In this document: positions 11,208 to 22,705 of the stretch, piece after piece
How positions within the stretch are numbered: the stretch's first letter is position 1
Layout: each line of letters opens with the position of its first letter
DNA from: Blochmannia endosymbiont of Camponotus modoc
GTDB lineage: Bacteria > Pseudomonadota > Gammaproteobacteria > Enterobacterales > Enterobacteriaceae
Direction of reading: 5' to 3'
Length of the DNA stretch: 32,000 bases
NCBI RefSeq assembly: GCF_023585785.1
Contig: NZ_CP097765.1
Coordinates: 300,001 to 332,000, forward strand
Program-made: the position numbers and the translations under genes
Notes under the pieces: generated by a model
Databases searched by the model: none
What the model was told of the DNA's origin: nothing
The model's input: the letters and a program-made list of their open reading frames with translations, nothing else

Positions 11208-11684
11208 TTAAGAGCTATTTTTAATTATTTTTAGTATATTAATCATTTCTAAAACAGCCAAAGCAGCTTCTGATCCTTTGTTATTAGATTTAATGCCTGA
11301 ACGTTCTATAGCTTGACTAATATTATCCGTAGTAAGTAATCCAAATCCAATAGGCAATGTGTTTTCCATGGAAATTCTGGATAATCCAGAGCTACATTCT
11401 TTTGCAACAAATTCAAAATGTACAGTAAATCCACGAATTACTGTGCCCAAAGCTATTATTCCATCATATTTGTGACTAATAGCCAATGCTTTTGCGATTA
11501 ACGGTAATTCATAAGAACCTGGAACCCAAATTATGGTTATATTTTCATCTTTCACGTGCCCAATTCTTTTTAAAACATCTAAAGCTCCTTCGAGTAAATT
11601 ATTATTAACGAAACGATTAAACCGAACAACCGCGATAGCAATCTTAGATTTATTTGCCATAGTATCGCTTTCAATAATATTCAT
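11208..11684 (-). CDS. ribE: 6,7-dimethyl-8-ribityllumazine synthase
   Basis: 158 aa (also called ribH); [72 protein letters not shown]. Confidence 0.98.
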   Translation of the reverse strand: MNIIESDTMANKSKIAIAVVRFNRFVNNNLLEGALDVLKRIGHVKDENITIIWVPGSYELPLIAKALAISHKYDGIIALGTVIRGFTVHFEFVAKECSSGLSRISMENTLPIGFGLLTTDNISQAIERSGIKSNNKGSEAALAVLEMINILKIIKNSS

Positions 11685-11783
11685 AATAATCCTTATTATC
11701 AGACTACTAAAATCATTACTTGTTCTTATTTACAAATAAACACGTTACAGTATAGCATAATTGGTATAACTAAAAAAAATATA

Positions 11784-12923
11784 TTACATCCCCTTTGGGA
11801 TTAATCTTAAACGAAGATCTGGTCCTACATTTTTTATGTCAAGTAATTTAAAAGTTTTAATGTCATTGAGACATTTGATGTTTGGTAATAAACATAAAGG
11901 TCGCGCGTCAGATCCTAAAAATTTTGTAGCTTGATACAAAATAAGTTCGTCTACCAATCCAATATCTAATAATACCCCTGAAAAAGTAGCTCCTGCTTCT
12001 ACCCAAATATTATTAATTTCACGATATCCAAGGTGTTGCATTAATTCTTTTAGGTTTATTCGATGATGGCCATGACAATTAATTGATGATAATAATAGTT
12101 GTTCTACTGATGAGGGCCAATTTCGATGATCTTTTTTTAAACGCACGAGTAGAATTTTTCCCTTATATCGTATAATACGATGTGTTGGAAGTACTCTATT
12201 TGTGCTATCAATAATGACTCTCAGTGGTTGCCTAATTTGATTGTTGGCATAAATACGTTTCATTTCATCTGAAAAGCATGCCCAACGTACATTTAATTTT
12301 GGATCATCTGCTAAAACAGTGCCAGCAGTAGAAAGAATGACATCACTTTCTGCGCGGAAACGTTGTACATCTTGGCGCGCCTGAATAGATGTAATCCATT
12401 TACTTTCTCCAGAAGACATAGCGGTCCTGCCATCTAGAGATGCAGCTAATTTTAATTTAACCCATGGAAATCCGGTACGTATACGTTTGAGAAATCCTCG
12501 ATTTATTGATTCAGCTTCAGGTAACATCAGACTATGTTGTACTTCAATACCTGCTTGCTGTAACAAATTCAAACCACGTCCTCTTGCGTAAAAATGAGGA
12601 TCTAACATAGCTACAACAACGCGTTTAATTCCTGCATTAATTAATGCAGTAGTACAAGGAGGAGTACGTCCGTAATGACTACATGGTTCCAGAGTGATAT
12701 AAGCAGTTGCTCCTTGTGCTAAATTTCCAGCAATACGTAACGCATGTATTTCAGCATGTGCTTCTCCTGCTCGTATGTGATATCCCTCTCCTATAATTTT
12801 ATTGTTGCGAACGATAACACACCCTACATTAGGATTAGGCATTGTAGTAAAGCGTCCTTTCCATGCCAATTGGAGCGCTCTTGTTAAAAATCTTTTGTCA
12901 TGTAGTATAATATTATCTGTCAT
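11784..12923 (-). CDS. ribD: Bifunctional diaminohydroxyphosphoribosylaminopyrimidine deaminase / 5-amino-6-(5-phosphoribosylamino)uracil reductase
   Basis: 379 aa; HAEIHALR, TLEPCSHYGRTPPCTTALI, KLAASLDGRTAMSSGESKWITS. Confidence 0.98.
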   Translation of the reverse strand: MTDNIILHDKRFLTRALQLAWKGRFTTMPNPNVGCVIVRNNKIIGEGYHIRAGEAHAEIHALRIAGNLAQGATAYITLEPCSHYGRTPPCTTALINAGIKRVVVAMLDPHFYARGRGLNLLQQAGIEVQHSLMLPEAESINRGFLKRIRTGFPWVKLKLAASLDGRTAMSSGESKWITSIQARQDVQRFRAESDVILSTAGTVLADDPKLNVRWACFSDEMKRIYANNQIRQPLRVIIDSTNRVLPTHRIIRYKGKILLVRLKKDHRNWPSSVEQLLLSSINCHGHHRINLKELMQHLGYREINNIWVEAGATFSGVLLDIGLVDELILYQATKFLGSDARPLCLLPNIKCLNDIKTFKLLDIKNVGPDLRLRLIPKGM

Positions 12924-13394
12924 AGTATCATGAGATCGTGAAACTAAATATATTTTTATATGATCAATTTTTATTAATAAAAAAATAATTTAAATCCGAT
13001 ATTACGAGAGTGCTATTGTTTTGGATCTCTCGATCATGTCATGATATTAGTAAATTATTCAGTAAATGTTGAAGTCATAATCAGACATGCGATACAAGTA
13101 TCACAGCTAATATTTTATTACATAATAATGTATTAGATTTCATTTGTTTATATATTAATTGTAGTAATGTTTATTGATGATTAAATACGTATGCGTTAAT
13201 ATATAACGCATACTGTAGTGTTGTTACAAATTTAATTTTGTTAAAATATAAATAAAATCATACATCATATATAGACTGTATTCCAAAACACTTATATCAA
13301 CAGTAATATCAATCAGTGTTGCTATAGTAGTAAAAATACTATTATATTTTTGATGTTTGTTAAGCAAATATATAAAATCAAATAGTGAAAAATT

Positions 13395-14312
13395 TTATTC
13401 TTTATTAATTTTTATAAAATGATCACGTGCAGTACCAAATTTGAATGCTAACGCTGAAGCTATATATATAGATGATACTGTGCCAATAATAGTTCCAAGT
13501 AATAAAGTAACTGCAAATCCATGTAATATATCTCCCCCCCAAACTAGTAGTATCAGTAGTACCATAATAGTTGTAACTGAAGTTATAATAGTTCTACTTA
13601 ATACTTGACTCAATGAGATATTAAATATGTCTATAGATTTTGATACAGGTGTATAATAAAAATTTTCTCTAATTCTATCAAAAATAACAATTTTATCATT
13701 AATAGAGTAACCAATTGCTGACATTAGGGCAGCAATAATGGTGGAATCTATTTTAATAGCAAATAAAGATAATATACCTAAAATAACTATCATATCATAT
13801 GTTAAAGATATGACTACCCCAGTTGCCAGTCTCCATTCAAAACGAAAAGTTATATATACTAAGATACATATTAATGCGACTAATAAAGCTATTATTCCTG
13901 TATTTATCAGTTGACTATGAACACTGGGGCCAATCCAATTTACTTGTTTAACTGAAAAATTGTGAACAATACCTTGTCGTAAAGTATATAGTACTATACT
14001 TATAGTATGTTGATTAATCTTATTTTCATTAGGATCCAATGGTAATCGTATCATGATATCTTTCGGGGAACCAAAATGTTGCACGATAGGGTTTTTGAAT
14101 CCTGATTCAATTAAAATATTTTGAATATTAATGAGATTTACATCTTTTTCTGAAGTAATTTCAACTGACATACCTCCAGTAAAATCTAGTCCCCAGTTAA
14201 AACCGCGCGTTATCATAGTACAGCATGAAATAAAGAATAAAAATATCGATAAAAAAAATATTAAACGTTTCCATGCAAGAAAATCGTAAATTTTATAATA
14301 ACTTTCACTCAT
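13395..14312 (-). CDS. secF: Protein translocase subunit SecF
   Basis: GFNWGLDFTGGMSVEI, FRFEWRLATGVVISLTYD, AIGYSINDKIVIFDRIREN. Track ORF starts at TTG 14327; ATG at 14312 (MSESYYKIYDF) preferred. Confidence 0.97.
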   Translation of the reverse strand: MSESYYKIYDFLAWKRLIFFLSIFLFFISCCTMITRGFNWGLDFTGGMSVEITSEKDVNLINIQNILIESGFKNPIVQHFGSPKDIMIRLPLDPNENKINQHTISIVLYTLRQGIVHNFSVKQVNWIGPSVHSQLINTGIIALLVALICILVYITFRFEWRLATGVVISLTYDMIVILGILSLFAIKIDSTIIAALMSAIGYSINDKIVIFDRIRENFYYTPVSKSIDIFNISLSQVLSRTIITSVTTIMVLLILLVWGGDILHGFAVTLLLGTIIGTVSSIYIASALAFKFGTARDHFIKINKE

Positions 14313-14372
14313 TTTAAAGAAATTCAATTAAAATGTATAAAATTGGTATATATGATTTAAAAACTTAAAAAG

Positions 14373-16232
14373 TTAAATGGATAGCTTATTAATACGTCGT
14401 TTCCCATAGATTAAATTAACAATAGCACGAGTACCGACAATAGATGTAAACATTGATGTGCCTACTCCAATAACAGTAGTAATAGCGAATCCTTTGATTG
14501 GTCCTGTACCAATTAAATATAGTATAATAGAAGTAATAATAGTTGTAATATTTGCATCTACAATACTAGTAAACGCTTTACGATATCCTGTGTATATAGC
14601 GTATTGTACTGGTTTACCTTGTTTTATTTCTTCTTTGATTCGTTCGTTAATTAATACATTTGCATCTACAGCTACGGATAAAGTCAATATTATTCCTACT
14701 ATACTTGGCATAGTTAACACTATTCCTGGGATTATAGACATCGTACTTATCATAAGTATTAAATTAGCAATTAAAGCAACACTAGCGATTAATCCAAAGT
14801 AACGATACCATAAAATCATAAAGCATATAGAAATTAATAATCCTAAAGCACATGCGGTAAATCCCCGTACAATGTTTTGTTTACCAAGTGTAGGACCAAT
14901 CATGCGTTCTTCTTCAATATGAATAGGTGCTGCTAAATTCCCCATACGTAATAATAACGAAAGATGACGTGCTTCATTTAAATTGTTGATTCCGGAGATA
15001 CGGAAATTATCACTTAATTGAGATTGAATAGTAGCAATGTTAATAACTTTTTCATGTTTAATTAAAATAGCGTGATCTTTAGAATCTTTTTTTCCGTTAT
15101 CTTTGTATTCTACGAATAAAGTAGCTATTGCTTTGCCAATATTATTTTTGGTAAAATTAGAAATTAAAATACTACCTGTTTTATCTAAAGAAATATTTAC
15201 TTGAGGTCGATTATATTCATCTAAACTAACATTAGAATTAATAATATTGTCTCCAGATAACACTATTTTTTTATATAACGGTATTAAATAACCATTATTG
15301 CTTAATTTTATCTCAGAATCTTCTGGAATTAAATTATTATTTATTTCAAATTCACTTATTGCTGAATTAACCAGTCGAAACTCCAGGCTTGCTGTAGTGC
15401 CAAGCATCTCTCTGATCTTTTCAATATCTTGAAAACCGGGTAATTCTATAATAATATGATCACTTCCATGACGTTGTACTAATGGCTCAGTAATACCTAA
15501 CTGATGGATACGATGATGTAAAATAGTACAATTTTTATGTATTATGTTCTCACGAATTGCATTTTTTTTTCTTTCAGAAAAAATCACATGTAATTTGTTG
15601 GTTCCCATTGCATGCAATATTAGGTCATTATCTACTTCAGATAAAGGTAAAATTGCTTGATTTCTATAATTAGAATTTTGAAAATTAATTTCAATATCAT
15701 GATTTCTAATTTTGTATATTTTTAAATAGGGAATGTTTTTTTCAAATAAGATAGCTCTTAAAGAAGACATATATTGTTCTTGAAATTTATCTAGTACAGT
15801 TTTCGTATTTGCATGTATTACAAAATACATTCCACCACATAAATCTAATCCTAATTTTATAGGCTTAGCTTTTATTGCAGATAACCAATGTGGTATGTTT
15901 GGAGTACTACAAAGTAATATCTGATACTTCTTCGAAAAAATAGTTGATAGTTTTTGGTAAGCTTGCAGTTGATCCTGTTCATGAAAAAATTGTATTCGAA
16001 TTTTATTTGCTTGCAATACAATAGATTTATTAATTATTTCTTCGTATGTTAGTATTTTTTTTATTTGACATAATAAAATATCATCTATTTCTTGATAGTT
16101 TTGTTCTAGAGCACACGGAACAATATATATTGTAGGATGATCCCTATATAAACTCGGTAATGTGTAGATTATGCTAGTAACAAATACTAAGATAACCGCA
16201 AGATACTTCCATAACGGATAATTATTTAACAC
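14373..16232 (-). CDS. secD: Protein translocase subunit SecD
   Basis: 619 aa, GTG start; MLNNYPLWKYLAVIL, LGLDLCGGMYFVI, MRIGNLAAPI-like RMGNLAAPIHI, SVAVDANVLINERIKEE. Confidence 0.98.
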   Translation of the reverse strand: MLNNYPLWKYLAVILVFVTSIIYTLPSLYRDHPTIYIVPCALEQNYQEIDDILLCQIKKILTYEEIINKSIVLQANKIRIQFFHEQDQLQAYQKLSTIFSKKYQILLCSTPNIPHWLSAIKAKPIKLGLDLCGGMYFVIHANTKTVLDKFQEQYMSSLRAILFEKNIPYLKIYKIRNHDIEINFQNSNYRNQAILPLSEVDNDLILHAMGTNKLHVIFSERKKNAIRENIIHKNCTILHHRIHQLGITEPLVQRHGSDHIIIELPGFQDIEKIREMLGTTASLEFRLVNSAISEFEINNNLIPEDSEIKLSNNGYLIPLYKKIVLSGDNIINSNVSLDEYNRPQVNISLDKTGSILISNFTKNNIGKAIATLFVEYKDNGKKDSKDHAILIKHEKVINIATIQSQLSDNFRISGINNLNEARHLSLLLRMGNLAAPIHIEEERMIGPTLGKQNIVRGFTACALGLLISICFMILWYRYFGLIASVALIANLILMISTMSIIPGIVLTMPSIVGIILTLSVAVDANVLINERIKEEIKQGKPVQYAIYTGYRKAFTSIVDANITTIITSIILYLIGTGPIKGFAITTVIGVGTSMFTSIVGTRAIVNLIYGKRRINKLSI

Positions 16233-16266
16233 AAAATCTTATCTCAATCTATATTGAAATTGTAAA

Positions 16267-16614
16267 TTATAATGCTTTCATAGTGCCTTTAGGCAAAATA
16301 GCAGTAACACAGTCACGCTTAATCAATATTTCATTACCATCAGTGTTATTTTTGTCATTGAGAATAACAAAGATATAACCTGTTTCTGTAACTTTGACTA
16401 CACGCCCGACTAACCCCCCATTAGTTAGGATTTCATCTCCTTTAGAGATGGAGCTTAATAATTCTTTATGAATTTTATTACGTTTTTGTTGGGGTCTAAA
16501 GATCATAAAATAAAAAATTCCAGCAAATACTGTTAACATGATCACTAAGGAATACGGATTACCCTGAGAATTAGCATTGACACTTGCCCAAGCAGAATGA
16601 GTAAATATGTTCAT
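16267..16614 (-). CDS. yajC: Sec translocase accessory protein YajC
   Basis: 115 aa; FYFMIFRPQQKRNKIHKELLSSISKGDEILTNGGLVGRV; adjacent to secD. Confidence 0.95.
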   Translation of the reverse strand: MNIFTHSAWASVNANSQGNPYSLVIMLTVFAGIFYFMIFRPQQKRNKIHKELLSSISKGDEILTNGGLVGRVVKVTETGYIFVILNDKNNTDGNEILIKRDCVTAILPKGTMKAL

Positions 16615-16687
16615 GTATATTTCCTGTTTTATAAATAGTTTGAATCATTGGGTCTAATTAAAAAAAATACTGAATGTAAATTCAGTA

Positions 16688-17827
<1,140 letters not shown>

Positions 17828-19290
17828 TCAATATATAAATATAGTCAGTACTGATTATAAACTGTATTTAATATATATTATGCACAATAAACGTAATATA
17901 TTTATAACTTACAAAGTTATATGATATGCCATAATTTATAATCCTTAATAAATATGATAACAATTTTTTTATATTTTTTCTGACTTAATTAATATTGATT
18001 TTAAAAAAAATATAAATTAAATAATAATATCGTTTAAGATCTATCAAATAAAATTGATAGAACACAAGATTTGTTGCATATATAAAAATATTCAATAGTT
18101 ATAGCTATATTTGACACATATTAATATGATGGTCAATAGTTTATGGTGATTATTATCATCAATTATTTAATAGCTATTTTTTGAATTTTAATATAGATTT
18201 TTATTTAGATAAGTTGTATTAATTAAAATTAATTGATTTCATACCTAAAATTACTAAAATCGTTACTATATATAGTATACAATTTTGTTAACAAAGTATT
18301 TTCAAAGAAATATTATGTCTACTGTTAAAAATAATTTATTATTGTAATATTAATTACTTGATATATTATTTGGATCGATTTTTTATTTACGAGTGAAAAT
18401 ATGGTGAAAAATTTTACAATTAATATTATCTAATATTATTCACACGATTATTTAATCGTTATCGATTACATTTTTATATCATCCTATATGTTCTTATTAT
18501 TTACCAATTATTAAATTAAATATTAATTTTATTGAGTCAGAGATTACACATGAGTGTTTATGTAATAGCTAGAATATGTAGATATTGGTCATGAAAATCT
18601 CAATGACATCATTGAATTTGTATGTTGCAAATCATTATTATTAGTGATAATATCAAGTATCATAGATTTCCTGAATTTAATTTTTTTAAGAAGATCTCAA
18701 ATAATCTGATTGAATTGATCAAGTTATTTTCAATTAAGTGGTCATGATTGACCCTAAATTTTTAAATTTAGATACAAGGATTTGGTTTTTAAGAAAAATA
18801 AATAAAAAATCTCCAAGTTTTTATAATTTTTTTATGAAATACTAGTTTTTAATTGACAAATACTACTATATATACAATATAGAGTAATTATTGTGGTTCT
18901 CTATATTTATTATCACGAAATATTAAATTTTAATTAATGGTTTAATTCTGAAAATAAGGATTTAAGATAAATTATACAGTAATAATCGATTATAATTATT
19001 GTTAATAATAAACAATAAATTTTTTCCGAATCATATTATTGTAAATATAGCATCTACATGAAATAATACTAAATAATCAGATTAGTAACTCATAAGAAAG
19101 AATGAGATTCTACAAAAAATATGTAAATAGATAAGGAATTTTTTTTATTTTTAACAATTTTTTATACAGTATTGTTTGTATAAAGATAGTTTAAACAGCA
19201 GACTGAGTATTGATTGTCAGTATCAATATTCGTTTATTTAATGTCGTCAACATTTTAAATAAATTACAACAAAGATTATAAGGAATCAAA

Positions 19291-19893
19291 ATGGTATTAG
19301 TTAGTCATTGTGCTCCAGACTTTACTTCTTCCGCAGTATTAGGAAACGGTGAAATTGTAGATAATTTTAATTTATTAAATTATATTAATAAAAAAGAAGC
19401 AATAGTGTTTTTTTGGCCTATGGATTTCACTTTTGTGTGTCCATCGGAATTGATTGCTTGCAACAAACGTTATGTTGAGTTTCAGAAACGAAATGTGGAA
19501 GTTATTGGAGTTTCTATAGATTCAGTTTTTGTGCACAACGCTTGGAGACAAATTCCTGTAAGTCAGGGCGGAATTGGATTATTGAAATATGCTATGGTTT
19601 CTGATATAAAACGTGAAATTATTAAAAAATATGGTATTGAACACTCAAATAAAGGCGTGGCTTTACGCGCTTCTTTCTTAATAGACAAATCAGGAGTGAT
19701 ACGGCATCAAGTAGTTAATGATTTACCTTTTGGTAGAAATTTTGATGAAATGATTCGCATGGTAGATGCCTTGAAGTTTCATGAGGTTCATGGCTTGCTA
19801 TGTCCCGCTCAATGGAACAAAAATAAAAAGGGACTAGAAGCATCACAGAAAGGGGTAGTTGATTATCTTTCTGAAAATTTCTCTCAGTTGTAA
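19291..19893 (+). CDS. ahpC: Typical 2-Cys peroxiredoxin (AhpC/Tsa family)
   Basis: 200 aa; FFWPMDFTFVCPSEL (peroxidatic Cys), CPAQWNKNKKG (resolving Cys), ATAAGGAATC RBS region before ATG. Confidence 0.93.
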   Translation: MVLVSHCAPDFTSSAVLGNGEIVDNFNLLNYINKKEAIVFFWPMDFTFVCPSELIACNKRYVEFQKRNVEVIGVSIDSVFVHNAWRQIPVSQGGIGLLKYAMVSDIKREIIKKYGIEHSNKGVALRASFLIDKSGVIRHQVVNDLPFGRNFDEMIRMVDALKFHEVHGLLCPAQWNKNKKGLEASQKGVVDYLSENFSQL

Positions 19894-20008
19894 ATATCTC
19901 TTGCATTGTATAGCGAATAAGATAATAGGTTGCTGTTGCTTGATAGATGCAGATGTATGATTATAAGTAAAAATTTATTTAAGTCAGTAAAATGTTAATA
20001 TTATATTA

Positions 20009-20082
20009 TGCCGATAATAGGATTTGAACCTATATCCTTCGCATTACGAATGCGCTGCTCTGCCTATCTGAGCTATATCGGC
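20009..20082 (-). tRNA. thrW: tRNA-Thr (anticodon CGU), thrW-like
   Basis: Minus-strand GCCGATATAGCTCAGATAGGCAGAGCAGCGCATTCGTAATGCGAAGGATATAGGTTCAAATCCTATTATCGGCA; perfect 7-bp acceptor stem, CGT anticodon in TTCGTAA loop, T-arm TAGG..TTCAAAT..CCTA; near-identical to E. coli thrW; no encoded CCA. Confidence 0.96.
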
Positions 20083-20179
20083 ATTTGCTTACCAAAACTC
20101 TTTTAGCCGCACAATATAACATCTCCTACTTTTTTTCGTAGGCACAAACATCTAATTCTTCGAAACACATCCAGATCTG

Positions 20180-20208
20180 AGTGTATCAAGTTTGTACAAA
20201 AAAAACAA
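20180..20208 (-). promoter_or_regulatory. Putative sigma70 promoter for the tRNA-Thr gene
   Basis: On minus strand TTGTTT - 17 nt - TACACT, about 98 nt upstream of the mature tRNA 5' end; AT-rich background lowers confidence. Confidence 0.35.
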
Positions 20209-20290
20209 GTAAATACATTTTTGTGTTTCTATTTATATAGATATCCTTATGCATGGGTTGTAGTACATTGACATCAATTTTCATCATTTC

Positions 20291-20878
20291 TCATGAAATA
20301 AACACCATTTCTTTTTCTATAAGCAGGATAAGTAAATGGATTATTTTAATATGAATTTCTTGAATATAATCAAGATAACTTGCATATGGCGCACAAATTT
20401 CTATATCTATATAATTAGATAATTTGTTTTCTTTTTTTTCTCCGGTCAAGAAAATTATTTTCATACTTTGTTTGTACGCTGCTTCTATAGCATATAGAAT
20501 ATTGGTTGATTCTCCAGAAGTAGAGATAGCAAATAGTACGTCTTTCTCATTTCCAATAGATTCAATATAACGGGAAAAAACATATTTGTACCCAAAATCA
20601 TTACTAACACACGATAAATATGAGGGATCAGAAATAGCTATTGCTGCATAACCTGCGCGATTGCTCCTATAACGTCCGGTCAGTTCTTCTGAAAAGTGCA
20701 TAGCATTACAGTGTGAACCACCATTTCCACAGGACAATATTTTTCCTCCTTTTTTAAAAGTATTAGCAATAAGTTTTGCAGATGATTCTATTGCTTGAAT
20801 GTTATGTTTTTTACCAGAAAATATCTGCATCATTTTTATAGTTTCATTAAATTCGTTATAAATTATATCATGATACAT
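20291..20878 (-). CDS. gmhA: Phosphoheptose isomerase
   Basis: 195 aa; [60 protein letters not shown]. Confidence 0.97.
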   Translation of the reverse strand: MYHDIIYNEFNETIKMMQIFSGKKHNIQAIESSAKLIANTFKKGGKILSCGNGGSHCNAMHFSEELTGRYRSNRAGYAAIAISDPSYLSCVSNDFGYKYVFSRYIESIGNEKDVLFAISTSGESTNILYAIEAAYKQSMKIIFLTGEKKENKLSNYIDIEICAPYASYLDYIQEIHIKIIHLLILLIEKEMVFIS

Positions 20879-21098
20879 GATGACTCCTTTAAAAATAATA
20901 ATATTATGATATTATGTATTATGCCTAACCAACAAATTAGAAACGTGAATTTTTTAATAAACATTCATAAAAAATATATTTATTTCAATTTAAAACTTAT
21001 CTGTAAGATAGAGTATATTTATGCTACTTACAAACGTATCTATTGTTTTATTTTATTATAAAAAATAATCTGAAAATTATTATTTTGTTACATCATTA

Positions 21099-21848
21099 TT
21101 ATTGTCGCCATATACAATATTTATTTAACCGCTGTATGCTATTTAAATATTCTTCGTGAGCTAATTTTTCTTGTTCGTTAGCATAAATGATTTTTAATGA
21201 TGTTTTATTTGTACATTTTGTATTGTTTGGTCCTATTATATTATTGATTTTATTATTCGATATATTTGTATTCGTTATTTCCATAAATTTCATTTTTATT
21301 TGACCTCCACTCATAGACAAAAATACATTAGCTAGAAGTCGCGCATCAAGTAATGCGCTATGTAAATTTCGTCGATTACCATTATTAATGAAATAACGCT
21401 CGCATAATGCATCTAAACTGTTACGTTGCCCTGGAAATTTTTTTCGAGCTAATTTTAAGCTATCAATTATAGTGCAGTAAGATTCTATTTTTTTTGAGTT
21501 TGACTTGCAAATTCGTAATTCTTGATTAAGAAATCCTAGATCAAAAGGAGCATTATGAATAATTAATTCACTCCCGCGAATGAATGTTAAAAATTCATTT
21601 ATTATTTCTGAAAAAGTTGGTTTATTTTTTAAAAATTGATCGCTAATTCCATGTACCTGAATGGCCTCAATATCAATCATACGATTTGGTTGCAGATAAA
21701 CATGGAATGTGTTATCAGTTAGATGACGGTTTATTATCTCTACTGCGCCTATTTCAATAATCCTATGTCCTTCATAATGTGGTCCAAACTTGTTCATGCC
21801 AGTGGTTTCGGTATCTAAAACAATTTGTCGTATAATATTAGTGCTCAT
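21099..21848 (-). CDS. dnaQ: DNA polymerase III subunit epsilon (3'-5' exonuclease)
   Basis: 249 aa; RQIVLDTETTGMNKFGPHYEGHRIIEIGAVE, HNAPFDLGFLNQE, HSALLDARLLANVFL. Confidence 0.98.
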   Translation of the reverse strand: MSTNIIRQIVLDTETTGMNKFGPHYEGHRIIEIGAVEIINRHLTDNTFHVYLQPNRMIDIEAIQVHGISDQFLKNKPTFSEIINEFLTFIRGSELIIHNAPFDLGFLNQELRICKSNSKKIESYCTIIDSLKLARKKFPGQRNSLDALCERYFINNGNRRNLHSALLDARLLANVFLSMSGGQIKMKFMEITNTNISNNKINNIIGPNNTKCTNKTSLKIIYANEQEKLAHEEYLNSIQRLNKYCIWRQ

Positions 21849-21906
21849 AGCTTTTCATTTGTGTCACACTAGTTATTTGAATTGAAATGATAATATATCC
21901 TATAAT

Positions 21907-22362
21907 ATGTATAAAAAAATAGAAATTTTTACGGATGGGTCATGTCTTGGTAATCCGGGTCCAGGTGGTTGTGCTGCGATATTACGGTATAAACAACATA
22001 AGAAAGAATTTAGTGTTGGGTACCGCTTAACAACCAATAATCGTATGGAATTAATGGCAGCTATTATCGCATTAGAATCGCTTAAAAATCCCTGTCAAAT
22101 TATTTTAAATACTGACAGCCAATATTTATTACATGGCATTACTCAATGGATTCATATATGGAAAAAACATCACTGGAAAACTTCTGAAGAAAAATTAGTA
22201 AAAAATATTGATTTATGGCAACGTCTAGATGTAGCGATACAAATTCATAGCATTATACATTGGAATTGGTTAAAAAGCCATACTGGACATCCAGATAATG
22301 AACGATGCGATCAATTAGCTCGATTAGCTGCTAAATGCCCTCTAAATGAAGATTTTTATTAA
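21907..22362 (+). CDS. rnhA: Ribonuclease HI
   Basis: 151 aa; [45 protein letters not shown] (catalytic D/E/D/D present); divergent from dnaQ as in E. coli. Confidence 0.98.
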   Translation: MYKKIEIFTDGSCLGNPGPGGCAAILRYKQHKKEFSVGYRLTTNNRMELMAAIIALESLKNPCQIILNTDSQYLLHGITQWIHIWKKHHWKTSEEKLVKNIDLWQRLDVAIQIHSIIHWNWLKSHTGHPDNERCDQLARLAAKCPLNEDFY

Positions 22363-22705
22363 TGATAATATAATAATATTATCGAAATCAGTATTATTAT
22401 ATAATTAATCATATAATTGTAATAATTATTATATATATGTGCATATATATTATTTTTATAGAATATATAATTTTAACATATAAAGTTCTTATGTATCGAA
22501 ATTCTTATGAATTAAACTTATATATCTTCTGATTTAACGACGGCACAACACTATTTACTCGTAATTTACGAAATTTCTATTGCACTTATATTTTTTATAT
22601 TTAAAACAATTAATCTAAGTACTAAAAATAATATTTTTACCCATTGAATATTTCTGAAAATATTTTAAAATATTTATTTTAAATTTGTATCACTCGCGAT
22701 TAACG

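Noticed and set aside
10184-11224. Small ORFs opposite or out of frame with pgpA and nusB (10184..10408, 10421..10606, 10589..10798, 10912..11097, 11030..11224)
   Set aside because: Antisense or alternate-frame artefacts of conserved genes.
12924-13394. ribD-secF spacer as a hidden gene or RNA
   Set aside because: About 470 bp without an ORF of 60 aa or more and no tRNA-like or strong hairpin structure; best explained as eroded nrdR/yajD-type sequence, but no remnant was identifiable by eye.
14458-14802. 114-aa + strand ORF inside secD
   Set aside because: Hydrophobic antisense shadow of SecD transmembrane segments.
20795-21061. 88-aa + strand ORF spanning the gmhA 5' end and the gmhA-dnaQ spacer
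   Set aside because: Half antisense to gmhA, half biased AT-rich intergenic sequence; no recognisable domain.
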